64,000 bases of DNA from an uncultured virus (IMG/VR IMGVR_UViG_3300028805_000071) (Duplodnaviria; Heunggongvirae; Uroviricota; Caudoviricetes). Position 1 is the first letter of the stretch. Each line of letters starts with the position of its first letter. Below, piece after piece: positions 9,582 through 19,943 of this stretch. The notes under the pieces were generated by a model. The model made no database searches and was not told the origin of the DNA. It saw nothing but the letters and a program-made list of their open reading frames with translations. The stretch is taken from IMG/VR virus record IMGVR_UViG_3300028805_000071; one strand, given 5' to 3'. The translations under genes were made by a program, and so were the position numbers.

Positions 9582-10438
9582 TGATTAAAAAATATTTTAT
9601 AGTTAGTGATGTGCATTCGTTCTATAAAATTATGGTTGATGCATTAGATAAAGCGGGATATGAAAAAGATAATCCTAACCATTATTTAATATTTAATGGC
9701 GATATATTTGATAGGGGCGACGGCACATTAGAACTATACGACCTAGTGCGCACGCACCGGCCGGAAAATATTATTTTAATCAGAGGGAATCACGAATATC
9801 TTTTAAGAGATTGTCTGGTTAGAGGCGATTGTTTCTCATATGACTGGTCTAATGGAACTGCAAAAACCATTTGTAGTATAGCACATAATAAACCTTATAT
9901 AAATAATCGGCAAATTTATGACATTGGTGTTGATACTTACGCCGCTTGCTTAACTTTAAGAGATATGGGTGTTATCGAGTGGTTAGAAAGTGATAAATGG
10001 GTTAATTATTATGAGATTGGCCCATATATTATCACCCATTCATTTATTCCACTAGATGTAGATGGTATGCATCGCATGTTTGATTGTTTCTATAAAGCAG
10101 CCAACTCATATGGGTTAAATCCAGCATACAACTGGTTTGAATATAAAGATGATTGGCGCACTGAAGCAACCCCTAAACATTGGGAGGCTTGCACATGGGG
10201 CAATCCTTATGTGATGTATAATGCTGGATGGTTTGACCACGAAAAAGAAAAAGGTAAATATCTTATTAGTGGCCATTGGGGAACTTCAAGCTATTGGAAT
10301 GACGAAAATAATTACAATGCATTTCAAGATGACCATTTTATTGGATTAGATGCCACCACCGCATTAAGTAAACAAATTAATGTGGCAATTATTACAGAAG
10401 ATACAGAAGCCAATACATACAATTTAGAATTGAAATAA
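9581..10438 (+). CDS. metallophosphoesterase (Ser/Thr phosphatase-like)
   Basis: SDVHS, GDIFDRG, RGNHE, THS, GHW, IGLD motifs. Confidence 0.88.
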   Translation: MIKKYFIVSDVHSFYKIMVDALDKAGYEKDNPNHYLIFNGDIFDRGDGTLELYDLVRTHRPENIILIRGNHEYLLRDCLVRGDCFSYDWSNGTAKTICSIAHNKPYINNRQIYDIGVDTYAACLTLRDMGVIEWLESDKWVNYYEIGPYIITHSFIPLDVDGMHRMFDCFYKAANSYGLNPAYNWFEYKDDWRTEATPKHWEACTWGNPYVMYNAGWFDHEKEKGKYLISGHWGTSSYWNDENNYNAFQDDHFIGLDATTALSKQINVAIITEDTEANTYNLELK

Positions 10439-10457
10439 GGCGTAGAACCCTTTATAT

Positions 10458-10486
10458 TTGATTTTATTTATAAAATATAGTATAAT
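10458..10486 (+). promoter_or_regulatory. sigmaA-like promoter for the RNase H-topoisomerase genes
   Basis: TTGATT-17 nt-TATAAT. Confidence 0.65.
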
Positions 10487-10530
10487 ATACTATAGAAAAG
10501 AATAAAATTAAATGTGAAGGGTATTTTTTT

Positions 10531-11022
10531 ATGTTAAAAGCATATACAGACGGTAGCGCAGTACATAATAGGTTAGCTGGAAATGTTGGCGGTTTTGGAT
10601 ATGTAATCGTCGATGAGCATGACCATATTATTGATGCGTTTTCTAGTCCACGAATAAAAAATACAACTAATAATGCACAAGAATTACTAGGCATATGGGC
10701 GGTACTTAAAAAGTATCCAAATGAAGAATTATCAATTTATAGTGATTCATATTATGCCCTTAATTCTATTTGCACTTGGATGTATACTTGGGCGAAGAAT
10801 GACTGGAAAAATACGGCTTGCCGAAGAATTGAAAACTATGATATTATAAAAACTATTTATGATTTTATGATTATTAAGAAACCAAAAGTAGAGTTTTATA
10901 AAGTCAAAGGACATAACGGCGATAAATATAATGAATTAGCAGATAAATTGGCAACGGGTGAAATTAAACCCGAAGCCATCTTATGGAAAGGGGATGCGTT
11001 GATTGGCGAAAGCGAAGAATAA
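10531..11022 (+). CDS. rnhA: ribonuclease HI
   Basis: YTDGS, TTNN.QEL, YSDS.Y, KVKGH.G.KYNELADKLA motifs. Confidence 0.92.
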   Translation: MLKAYTDGSAVHNRLAGNVGGFGYVIVDEHDHIIDAFSSPRIKNTTNNAQELLGIWAVLKKYPNEELSIYSDSYYALNSICTWMYTWAKNDWKNTACRRIENYDIIKTIYDFMIIKKPKVEFYKVKGHNGDKYNELADKLATGEIKPEAILWKGDALIGESEE

Positions 11023-12910
11023 AAATACATATAGTAAAGATTCAATTGAAACCTTAACGCCATTAGAATTTACGCGACATTCACCTGGAGTATATTGTGG
11101 TGATACAACCTATTCAACGCAGCTCTTGGTAGAAATTTTATCAAACGCAATAGACGAATTTCGTTTAGGGCACGGAGATAAAATTGAAATTGTGATTAAC
11201 AACGATGTTGTTAGTGTGCGTGATTATGGACAAGGTTTTTTAATTAATGAAGTACGCGATGATGGTAAGACTATATTAGAAGCTTCATTTAGTGTATTAA
11301 ATACCAGTGGTAAGTATAATGCCGATGGCGTTTATGAAGGAACTTCATTAGGCGCTTTTGGTATTGGTTCTAAAATTTCTAACTTCCTCTCACATTATTT
11401 AGATGTGCAGAGTTGGCGAGATGGAAAAACAGAAGCAATTCATTTTACCGAAGGTGTATTTGATAGTCGTAAAGTTGAAGATTCTAATGAGCCTACGGGC
11501 ACATATGTAGAATGGCAGCCGTCTGAAGAGTTTTTTGACCATACGCAAGTTGAAATTCCTAAAATCACTAATCTGTTTAAGACATTAGTATCTTTATGTC
11601 CGGGGTTAACTATCGATTTTACTCTTGATGGTGAGAATACCGTATATTTTTCGGCAAATGGATTAAGTGATTTAGTGGACGAAGCCGTTGGTAAAGATGA
11701 AATAATCAAACGTCGTTGTGAAATTAATATCGCAAAGGATAAAGAAAAACTTGATTTTATCTTAACTTATACTTCAAAGTATTCAAGTGATATTATCGCA
11801 TATGTAAACACTGGTTTAACTGACCGTGGACCCCATATCACAAGTATTAAATCAACTTTAACACGACAGTTTAATAAATTCTTTAGGGAAAAAGGTTGGT
11901 TAAAAGAAAAAGAAGAAAACCTATCTGGAGATGATATTCAGGAAGGTATGTATATTGTTTTTAACTTAACCGTGCCCAATGTAAAATATGACGCGCAGGT
12001 TAAAACTACTGTCGTTAATTTAAATATGGTTGATATTTTAGCAGATTTCTCAATAGATTTAGACCATTGGTTAGAATTAAATGAGAAAGATGTTAAGATA
12101 ATTGCCGATAAAGCATTGGCTGCAAGACGCGCAAGAGAAGCTGCTAAAAAGGCAAGGGACAATGCTCGTAATTTAGAAACTAAAGGTAAACCGAAATTCA
12201 TCAATTTACCGACTAAATTAGTTGATGCGTGGTCAAAAAGTCGTGCAGATTGCGAACTTATAATTTGTGAGGGCGATAGTGCGGCGAACGGATTAATTGA
12301 AGCACGTGATGGAAAAACTCAAGCAATCTTCCCTATTCGTGGTAAGATTATTTCGGCTCGTAAAGCCACCCCCGAAAAAGTGTACGGCAATCAAGAAGTG
12401 GCAAATATCGTTAAGGCTCTTGGATTGGATATAGATAAAGAGCATGGCGGATTAATTTATGACCAAAAGAAATTGCGGTATGGAAAGATTATATTTGCGG
12501 CGGATGCTGATGCCGATGGTCAGTCTATTATCAATCTTTTAATTACTTGCTTTTGGTGGTTATGCCCTGAGCTATTTACTTATGGACATATTGCAAAGGC
12601 GGTTCCGCCATTATTTAGAATTACCACTAAAAAGAATGAATATATTTATTTAAAAGATGGCAAGGCTTTAGATGAATATAAAGAGCAACATCCAAATGAT
12701 AAATATATCGTAAGTCGTATGAAAGGACTTGGTGAGTCAAGTCCAGAAGAGTTAAGTGAATATTTACTTGACCCTGCGACACGAAATGTAGAACTGTTAT
12801 ATGTTTCAGATTTCGAAAACACAGACGCATTTTTAGAGATTATTATGGGCAACGATGTTGAACCCCGAAGAGATTACTTATTAAAATATGGGGAAGGAGC
12901 GAATGTATAA
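11003..12910 (+). CDS. type IIA topoisomerase ATPase/TOPRIM subunit (GyrB/ParE-like)
   Basis: EILSNAIDE, VRDYGQG, GAFGIG, CEGDSA, PIRGK, DADADG, RMKGLGE motifs. Confidence 0.95.
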   Translation: MAKAKNKNTYSKDSIETLTPLEFTRHSPGVYCGDTTYSTQLLVEILSNAIDEFRLGHGDKIEIVINNDVVSVRDYGQGFLINEVRDDGKTILEASFSVLNTSGKYNADGVYEGTSLGAFGIGSKISNFLSHYLDVQSWRDGKTEAIHFTEGVFDSRKVEDSNEPTGTYVEWQPSEEFFDHTQVEIPKITNLFKTLVSLCPGLTIDFTLDGENTVYFSANGLSDLVDEAVGKDEIIKRRCEINIAKDKEKLDFILTYTSKYSSDIIAYVNTGLTDRGPHITSIKSTLTRQFNKFFREKGWLKEKEENLSGDDIQEGMYIVFNLTVPNVKYDAQVKTTVVNLNMVDILADFSIDLDHWLELNEKDVKIIADKALAARRAREAAKKARDNARNLETKGKPKFINLPTKLVDAWSKSRADCELIICEGDSAANGLIEARDGKTQAIFPIRGKIISARKATPEKVYGNQEVANIVKALGLDIDKEHGGLIYDQKKLRYGKIIFAADADADGQSIINLLITCFWWLCPELFTYGHIAKAVPPLFRITTKKNEYIYLKDGKALDEYKEQHPNDKYIVSRMKGLGESSPEELSEYLLDPATRNVELLYVSDFENTDAFLEIIMGNDVEPRRDYLLKYGEGANV

Positions 12911-15255
12911 TGCCAATAGATGTATGTAAAGAAGTTCATCAAAACTTTTTAGACTTCAGTTATGAAGCAAATAGTCAGCGAGCTTTCCCCAGTGCGCTCG
13001 ATGGTTTAAAACCTGGCCAGCGCGCTTGTCTTTGGGAAATGTATTCAAAAGGTTATACTTCCAATAAACCGCATGTAAAATCTGCAAAGATTTCTGGAGC
13101 GGTTATTGGAGAACTTTGGCCGCATGGCGATACCGCTATTTATGATACATTTGCTCGTATGTCACAACCATGGATTAATAATATTCCAGAGGTTGATTGG
13201 CACGGCGCAAATGGGTCACAGAAAGCTGGCCCAGAACCAGCAAGCGCACGATATACTGAAGCACGTTTATCAAAAGCGAGTGAAGATGGATTCTTTGGAA
13301 ATATTAACAAGAATGTTGTTAATATGATTCTAAATTTTTCTGAAGATGCCGAATGGCCAGAGGTATTTCCCGCAATTTTCCCAAGATTATTTGTTAATGG
13401 GTCTCAGGGAATTGGTATGACCATCGCACAAAATTGGTTATGCGGGAATTTAAATGAATTTTTTGAAAAAGTTAAAAGATATATAGTTCGTGGACGTATT
13501 ACATATGATAATATATACCCAGACTTTCCGTCCGGTGGAGTCATTATCAATAAGTCAGAACTTCATACCATTTATGAAACGGGTAGAGGCCGTTGTGTTT
13601 TAAGGGCAAAAACAGAAATTGATGGGAATAATATTCTAATTACAGAATTACCTTATCAAGTATATATTGAGCCGCTTTTAAAAGATATTAAGAAACTTAT
13701 TGAAGATGAAAAAATTACTGGCATTACTGATGTATTAAATAAAAGTGATAAAAATACTTTATTAATAGAAATTCAGTGTAGCGATACACCGAAAAAAATC
13801 TTAAATAAATTATTTAAACTCACTGATTTACAAAAAATCTATAATGCAAATCAGTATGCAATGATTACTAAAGTTCCCGAACTATTAAATCTTGACCAGT
13901 ATATTAATGCTTATATTAATCATAATGTTAGTTGTATCCATAAAGAATATCAGTATGATTATAATCAAGCAGGCCAGCGATTAGAAATTGTTGAAGGTTT
14001 ATTAATTGCATTAAATAATATTGATGCCGTTATTGCATTGATTAAAGGCGCCGCAAATACTGAAGACGCCAAAATGCAATTAATAAATGACTACTCTTTA
14101 ACAGAACGTCAGGCAAAAGCTATTCTTGATATGAAATTATCTAAATTAACTCATTTAGAGGCAGATAATTTAGAAGAGGAGGCAAATAATTTAAAAATTA
14201 AAATGGCAGAATGCGAAGCCATCATTGAAGATGAAGATACGCAGAAGTCTATTTTCATTGAAAGATTAGGCGACTTCGTTAAAAAATATGGGTTTGAACG
14301 CCGTACTGAAGTTATTGATTTAGTAGAAGAAGAAGAGGAAGAAGAATCCGCTATCGTGCCTGAACAGTGCATGGTTATTTTAACCGCCAGTGGATTAATA
14401 AAACGTATCCCTACTACTGCGTTTAAGGTACAAAATAAAAACGGTAAAGGTGTAAAAACTCAAGATGATATTACCGCAGAAACTATTAAAACAAATACCG
14501 CTGATACTTTAATGGTATTTACAAATGCTGGTAAAATGTACAGTTTAATAGTTGGAGATATTCCAGAAGGAAATAACACCTCTAAAGGCGTATCATTAAA
14601 AATGTTGTTGGATATTGGCGCAAATGAAGAAGTAGAAACTATTTATTCGATTCACCAACACACAACGGCTAAATATATTTTATTCGTTACCAAACAAGGT
14701 ATGTTAAAGAAGACCGAATTAAGTGAATATATTAGGTCTGGACGTAATAAAAAAGGTATGGTGGCGATTAAAATCAAACCAAATGATACAATAGTCAGCA
14801 CAATTTTAATTGACGAAGAAGAGGTATTAATTATTACCGCTAATGGACAAGTAGAACACATTGCCACAAACACAATTTCTCCAATAGGACGAGTTGGAAT
14901 GGGTATTATTGGTATCCGTTTAAATGAGGGCGATGAAGTTATTGGTTGTGAAGCAGTGCGCGACCCTGCTGATTTACTTGCGTTATTTACTGAAAACGGA
15001 TATGGTAAAAAGACAGCCGTATCAGAATATAATCTGCAAAATCGTGGTGGCCTTGGCGTTAAAGGTTATAACTTAAATAGCAAAACTGGAAAAATAGTAT
15101 CATCAGGTATGATAAATGATGACGATACAATTTTAATTGTAGGTGCAACAAGTTCGTTATGTATTGTTGGGTCAGATGTTCCGACCGGTGCACGAATTTC
15201 AAGGGGGTCAACCCTTATTAAAGGCACCTCAATTGTATCAACATCCAAAATTTAG
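12910..15255 (+). CDS. type IIA topoisomerase breakage-reunion subunit (GyrA/ParC-like)
   Basis: DGLKPGQR, KSAK, PHGD, ASARYTEARL catalytic Tyr, PDFPSGG, C-terminal beta-pinwheel repeats. Confidence 0.95.
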   Translation: MPIDVCKEVHQNFLDFSYEANSQRAFPSALDGLKPGQRACLWEMYSKGYTSNKPHVKSAKISGAVIGELWPHGDTAIYDTFARMSQPWINNIPEVDWHGANGSQKAGPEPASARYTEARLSKASEDGFFGNINKNVVNMILNFSEDAEWPEVFPAIFPRLFVNGSQGIGMTIAQNWLCGNLNEFFEKVKRYIVRGRITYDNIYPDFPSGGVIINKSELHTIYETGRGRCVLRAKTEIDGNNILITELPYQVYIEPLLKDIKKLIEDEKITGITDVLNKSDKNTLLIEIQCSDTPKKILNKLFKLTDLQKIYNANQYAMITKVPELLNLDQYINAYINHNVSCIHKEYQYDYNQAGQRLEIVEGLLIALNNIDAVIALIKGAANTEDAKMQLINDYSLTERQAKAILDMKLSKLTHLEADNLEEEANNLKIKMAECEAIIEDEDTQKSIFIERLGDFVKKYGFERRTEVIDLVEEEEEEESAIVPEQCMVILTASGLIKRIPTTAFKVQNKNGKGVKTQDDITAETIKTNTADTLMVFTNAGKMYSLIVGDIPEGNNTSKGVSLKMLLDIGANEEVETIYSIHQHTTAKYILFVTKQGMLKKTELSEYIRSGRNKKGMVAIKIKPNDTIVSTILIDEEEVLIITANGQVEHIATNTISPIGRVGMGIIGIRLNEGDEVIGCEAVRDPADLLALFTENGYGKKTAVSEYNLQNRGGLGVKGYNLNSKTGKIVSSGMINDDDTILIVGATSSLCIVGSDVPTGARISRGSTLIKGTSIVSTSKI

Positions 15256-15339
15256 AACGAGGACTTTTCCATTAAATCTTACAACTTAAATTTTTATTAT
15301 ATAGTGAAATAAACTACGGCAAGAAAGGATATACACAGT

Positions 15340-15939
15340 ATGGACATATCAACATTATTAGACGAATGCTTAAATGACAATAATATTATTGGGTATCAGT
15401 ATTTCAGAAATCTTGAAAACCGCACTATTATTTTTAATGATGAGTGCAGTACTGATATTGTTGAAACTGTTGGGATGCCGTTATTACAATTCAATGAAGA
15501 TGATAGCGATAAACCGGTTCACCTTTACATTAATTCAGAAGGTGGCGGAGTATTCCCAAGTTTATATATTTGCAATATTATTGATAATTATAAGAAGCCT
15601 TTATATATACATATATTAGGTTATGCACTGAGTATGGGATTTAATTTAGCAATTGCTGGGAAAAATAATCCCAATGTACATAAGGATTGTTATCCTTTTA
15701 CCATCTTTATGATGCACGCTGGGTCATTAACTATTAATGGTACAGCGGCACAAACAAAGAGTTTTATGAAATTCAACGATAAGTTAGAGAATGAAGTAAA
15801 ACAGTATACATTATCACATACCCTTATTGATGAAGAAACATATGATAAGTATAATGATGATGATTTTTGGCTCACCGCTCAAGACGCATTAGAATACGGA
15901 ATCGTGGATGAAATCCTTAAACCGGAGGGTGTGCTGTAA
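15340..15939 (+). CDS. clpP: ClpP-like serine protease
   Basis: LYINSEGG, ALSMG (Ser), MMH (His), DFWLTAQDALEYGIVDEI. Confidence 0.88.
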   Translation: MDISTLLDECLNDNNIIGYQYFRNLENRTIIFNDECSTDIVETVGMPLLQFNEDDSDKPVHLYINSEGGGVFPSLYICNIIDNYKKPLYIHILGYALSMGFNLAIAGKNNPNVHKDCYPFTIFMMHAGSLTINGTAAQTKSFMKFNDKLENEVKQYTLSHTLIDEETYDKYNDDDFWLTAQDALEYGIVDEILKPEGVL

Positions 15940-15972
15940 AAACTATATATAAATTTTAAGGAGGAAGGTTTA

Positions 15973-16287
15973 ATGGAGCAGGAACAGGTTTTAGGTGTGG
16001 AAGAAGTAACCTTTGATGACGCTGATGTTTCTCAAGATATTGAGAAGAAAATGCAAATCGAAGCCATCGCACGTTTAGTGGTTAATATCGTACTACTGGT
16101 TAACTGGATTTTAACTATTAGCGGTAAAAATCCAATTCCTTGTAGTGAAGATATGCTTTATGCTTGAATTTCAGGCATTGCTTCTTCAGCTTATCTGCTT
16201 TGGGGAGCATGGTGGAAAAACAACAATATGACAATGAATGCTTGCAAAGCCCAAACTTATAAGAACGAGTTAGATAGCACTAAATAA
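15973..16287 (+). CDS. SPP1-family holin (104 aa; in-frame TGA 16165-16167=Trp)
   Basis: IARLVV...LVN..L...GKNPIP then, past the TGA, ISGIASSAYLLWGAWWKNNNMT (WWKNN motif), TAA 16287. Confidence 0.85.
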
Positions 16288-16297
16288 ATTTACAATT

Positions 16298-16334
16298 AAG
16301 AGAAGGGTTTAATAAAACTCTTCTCTTTTTTTTT
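16298..16334 (+). terminator. intrinsic terminator
   Basis: AAGAGAAGGGTTT/AAACTCTTCTCTT hairpin plus T-run after the extended holin. Confidence 0.75.
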
Positions 16335-16359
16335 ATATAAAAATATTGTATAATTTATT

Positions 16360-16551
16360 ATGAAAAAAGAACGTATAGAGAAATTAGCACAAGCCATTGC
16401 TAATATAGAAAAACAAACCCAGGAAAATCTAATTACCCCCGACGAAGCCGAGGATAAAATTTTAGGTTTAATGGTAGAAGATGGCTTATTTGGACTTCAC
16501 CACATGGATGAAATTGACAACAGAGTTCGAGAAATCTTAAGGGAGAATTAA
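16360..16551 (+). CDS. hypothetical protein (63 aa)
   Basis: ORF after a TATAAT box, possibly leaderless. Confidence 0.6.
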   Translation: MKKERIEKLAQAIANIEKQTQENLITPDEAEDKILGLMVEDGLFGLHHMDEIDNRVREILREN

Positions 16552-16557
16552 AATTTT

Positions 16558-16803
16558 ATGACAGAGAACACAAAGAGAATAATCAAATATTTACAAGATA
16601 ACAAAGATAAAAAGCTAACAGCTGCTGATTTAGAATCTGCTTTAGGAATTAGTAAAAAATCTATCGATGGTGCATTTACAATGGCAATTAGTACCAAAAA
16701 TTTTGGATATAGAATGCCAATGCAGGTTCAAGGTCCAGATGGAAACTTTATCAATGTTAAATATTTAATTTTGAATGATGCGGGGTTAGCACTGGATGTC
16801 TAA
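16558..16803 (+). CDS. winged helix-turn-helix DNA-binding protein
   Basis: IIKYLQ...LTAADL..ALGISKKSIDG HTH pattern with a wing-like C-terminus. Confidence 0.65.
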   Translation: MTENTKRIIKYLQDNKDKKLTAADLESALGISKKSIDGAFTMAISTKNFGYRMPMQVQGPDGNFINVKYLILNDAGLALDV

Positions 16804-16813
16804 TGTACAGATT

Positions 16814-17782
16814 ATGTGAATCATAGTTGCGTCATTATGCAGTATTCTGATAACTTATTTAATCTTACGGCCACATTTAAAGCGAACTAAATCTTTAGAC
16901 GAGTCATTAGAAGAAAAAAATCAAATACTGCAACATAATAATGAACAACTATCTGCTCTTAACCAAGAGTTATGGAAACAGAATCAAGAATGGACAAGCC
17001 AACTAAGTCAATTAAAATTAGAAAAAGAATTATTAGATAGTAATTTTCAAGAGAGCGAAGCACAACAACAAAAAAATCAAAAACTTCAGCTTGAATTATT
17101 ACAAACAGAATATGAAAATAAATGCGTTGATTTAAAACGTAAATATGATGGGTATGTTAAAAGTTATCAAACAGAGTATTTAAAAATACTTGATGAAACA
17201 TCGGCATCCTTACATCAGTTTGTTGATAATTATAATCTTACTATCCAAGAGTATAAAGATAATTTAGCAAAAATGCGCTCAATGTCTAATGCGGCTGTTG
17301 AAGCGTATAAACGAGAAGCTGAAAAACAAAATCAACAAAAGTTTTATCAATTACATTTATCTGATACGGATATAGAAGAGATTAATCGAATCAAATCTAT
17401 TGCGCCGTATCTTCGTGACCCGCGCCCATTAAATAAAGTAATTTATTCAGTTTATTATCAGCGCCCTTTATCTGACCTAATTGGTAGGGTTTTAGGGCAA
17501 GAAAAACGAACTGGTATTTATAAAATTACAAATTTAATTAATGGAAAGTGTTATGTCGGACAAGCACGTGATGGAAGTGCGCGTTGGCAAACACATATTA
17601 AATGTGCGGTGGGGGCGGAAAAAGCACCAATGAATAAATTATATCCCGCTATGCAAAAACATGGCATAGAAAATTTTACTTTTGAATGGTTAGAAGATTG
17701 TCCACCAGAGATTCTTAATGAACAAGAACAGTATTGGCAAGATTTTTATCAAGCCAAAACTTATGGATATAGTATGAAATAA
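16814..17782 (+). CDS. GIY-YIG endonuclease with N-terminal hydrophobic anchor and coiled coil (322 aa; codon 2 is TGA)
   Basis: ATG-TGA-ATC at 16814 is in frame and open to the ORF at 17273; M(W)IIVASLCSILITYLIL hydrophobic segment; GIYKITN...CYVGQA...RW..H motif. Confidence 0.75.
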
Positions 17783-17797
17783 GAAAGGAAATACTTA

Positions 17798-18067
17798 ATG
17801 TTTAAGATTATTAATGCGAAAAGCACAGGCAAGACAAAACAATTAATTCGCGAAGCTGCTAAGACGGGCGGCACTATCGTATGCGCTCACCCTGAAAATA
17901 TTGGCTATAAATGTATAGCATACGATTTACCAAGAGTAAACGCAGTTCATTATACTGATGACCTTTCTGATATTGAAGGCAATATCTATATTGATGAACT
18001 GGAAGAATTCATGAAATATAATCTTGGTAAGCGTTTTGTTGGTTATACATTAAGTAATGAAGAATAA
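17798..18067 (+). CDS. small degenerate P-loop protein
   Basis: KSTGKT and IYIDE motifs, 89 aa. Confidence 0.65.
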   Translation: MFKIINAKSTGKTKQLIREAAKTGGTIVCAHPENIGYKCIAYDLPRVNAVHYTDDLSDIEGNIYIDELEEFMKYNLGKRFVGYTLSNEE

Positions 18068-18868
18068 ATGAAATTTGATAATATTATAGTTTATAATTTT
18101 GATGGCGCAATACATGGTATGCGCAACCCATTAGAATCTTGGGAAAAATCTGATACTGAAACGGGCATTTGCTCTATAGAAGATTTTGCCGCAATAGCTC
18201 GCGCCCATTTATCAAAATGGGGAAGAGATTATCCGACCGGCCAAGAACAAGTTTCGGCATTATTAGATATAATTTTATATAACGACGGCGAAAATGCCCT
18301 ATACACTTCTATTGGCCCAAAGGATATGAAGTTAATGCAGAATCTAATTCAAGGTGGCACTGAGCATCGCAAATTTATGCGTCAAATTTTTGTAACAGTT
18401 GATATTACGGCTCCGCTTTATTGGTGGAAAGAATTTGATACCTATAAAGTAGGAACTGTTGCTAACTCAACTTCTACAATGCATAAACTAGCAAGTGAGC
18501 CTATTACAATAGATTGTTTTGAAATAGGTGATTTCAATCGTGATTTAAAAGTGTATGACAGAGCGCCACAGAGCGAAGATTCTACAATTAATGATATTTG
18601 GCTTAATGCCATCAGTAATTGCGAAACATTGCGTCAAAGATATATTCAAACTGGAGATAAACGCTATTGGAAAGAATTAATACGTTTACTTCCAGAATCA
18701 TGGCTTCAGACCAGAACCGTTACAATGAATTATGAAAATATCCGTTCTATTGTAGAACAAAGGAAAAACCATAAATTGAATGAATGGTCTGGCCAGGACG
18801 ACCCCTTATTGCCAAACTTTATTAAATTTGCTATGCAACTACCCTATGCAAAAGATTTATTGTTTTAA
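18068..18868 (+). CDS. ThyX-like (flavin-dependent thymidylate synthase-related) protein
   Basis: H.KFMRQI.V..DITAPLYWWKEFDTYKVG, LLPESW, YENI.....QR..H pattern; canonical RHR motif not seen. Confidence 0.6.
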   Translation: MKFDNIIVYNFDGAIHGMRNPLESWEKSDTETGICSIEDFAAIARAHLSKWGRDYPTGQEQVSALLDIILYNDGENALYTSIGPKDMKLMQNLIQGGTEHRKFMRQIFVTVDITAPLYWWKEFDTYKVGTVANSTSTMHKLASEPITIDCFEIGDFNRDLKVYDRAPQSEDSTINDIWLNAISNCETLRQRYIQTGDKRYWKELIRLLPESWLQTRTVTMNYENIRSIVEQRKNHKLNEWSGQDDPLLPNFIKFAMQLPYAKDLLF

Positions 18869-18933
18869 GTAAGTGGATTTTTAAAAAATAAAAAAGTATA
18901 ATTTATTAAGATTTTAAAGGAGAAAAAGATTAG

Positions 18934-19923
18934 ATGAAAAAGACGAAGAATAATTTTCATTGCGAAGGATTAGTTTATCAGCATAGTTTACAGTTAAAGA
19001 CTTCTGGTCCGAATGCAAAAACACCAGGAGTAGAGTATATTCAGGGTAGTATTCAGGTAGCAACGGACGATGATTGCACAAACATCGTAGAGATTTATTA
19101 TCCGTATGTAACAGCTCTTACAAGTAAGAAAAAAGAGAATCCTGTATATCTTGTATTAGCGAATTTAATTAATGGTACTTTTGATACAGTAATGGGTGGA
19201 GGTGCCGAGAAGGCTGTAAAAGTAAGGGTTGACACCTCAATTGCACTTAATGATTTTTATAGTGATAGGTCTGGTACAGATGAACTTGTTTCTGTAAAAA
19301 GAAATGAGGGCGGATTTATTCATACAACTGGCCCTTGGTCAAGTGATGAAGATGGTCGTAACAAGTTTGAAGTTGATATGGTTATTACTGGAGTTAGACG
19401 TCAAGAAGCCGACCCCGATAGAAATCTGCCGGAAAAAGGAATTATTAAAGGTTGCATTTTTGATGATTTTAGAAAGAGAATGTTACCAGTTGAACTTTCA
19501 GTATTAAATCCTAATGCGATTGATTATTTTGAAGGTTTAGAGGCATCATCTAGTAATCCAGTATTCACAAGGGTACAGGGTAAAGAAATTTCTGAAACAA
19601 TTGTAAGGCAGATTGTAGAGGAAAGTGCATTTGGAGAACCTTCTGTAAGAGAAGTAAAGAATAGTCGTAAAGATTATGTTATTACTTGGGCACAGAGTGA
19701 CCCATATGATTGGGATGACGAATCTACAATTACCGCTGACGAATTAAAGCAGATGATTGCAGACCGTGAGGTATATTTAGCTGAACTTAAAGCAAATAGG
19801 GAACAGTGGAAGGCAAATAGAGGCGGAGGAACAAGTTTTGAAACTCCAACAGTAAATACAACTCCTACAATGCCTGAAACTCCTACTCAAGCACCAGCTA
19901 AAGCCAAAACATTTGATTTTTAA
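18934..19923 (+). CDS. putative single-stranded DNA-binding protein
   Basis: Beta-rich body, flexible Pro/Thr tail ending FDF, next to a Sak4-like ATPase in the replication module. Confidence 0.55.
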   Translation: MKKTKNNFHCEGLVYQHSLQLKTSGPNAKTPGVEYIQGSIQVATDDDCTNIVEIYYPYVTALTSKKKENPVYLVLANLINGTFDTVMGGGAEKAVKVRVDTSIALNDFYSDRSGTDELVSVKRNEGGFIHTTGPWSSDEDGRNKFEVDMVITGVRRQEADPDRNLPEKGIIKGCIFDDFRKRMLPVELSVLNPNAIDYFEGLEASSSNPVFTRVQGKEISETIVRQIVEESAFGEPSVREVKNSRKDYVITWAQSDPYDWDDESTITADELKQMIADREVYLAELKANREQWKANRGGGTSFETPTVNTTPTMPETPTQAPAKAKTFDF

Positions 19924-19943
19924 TTAAAAGGAGGTAATGTAGT

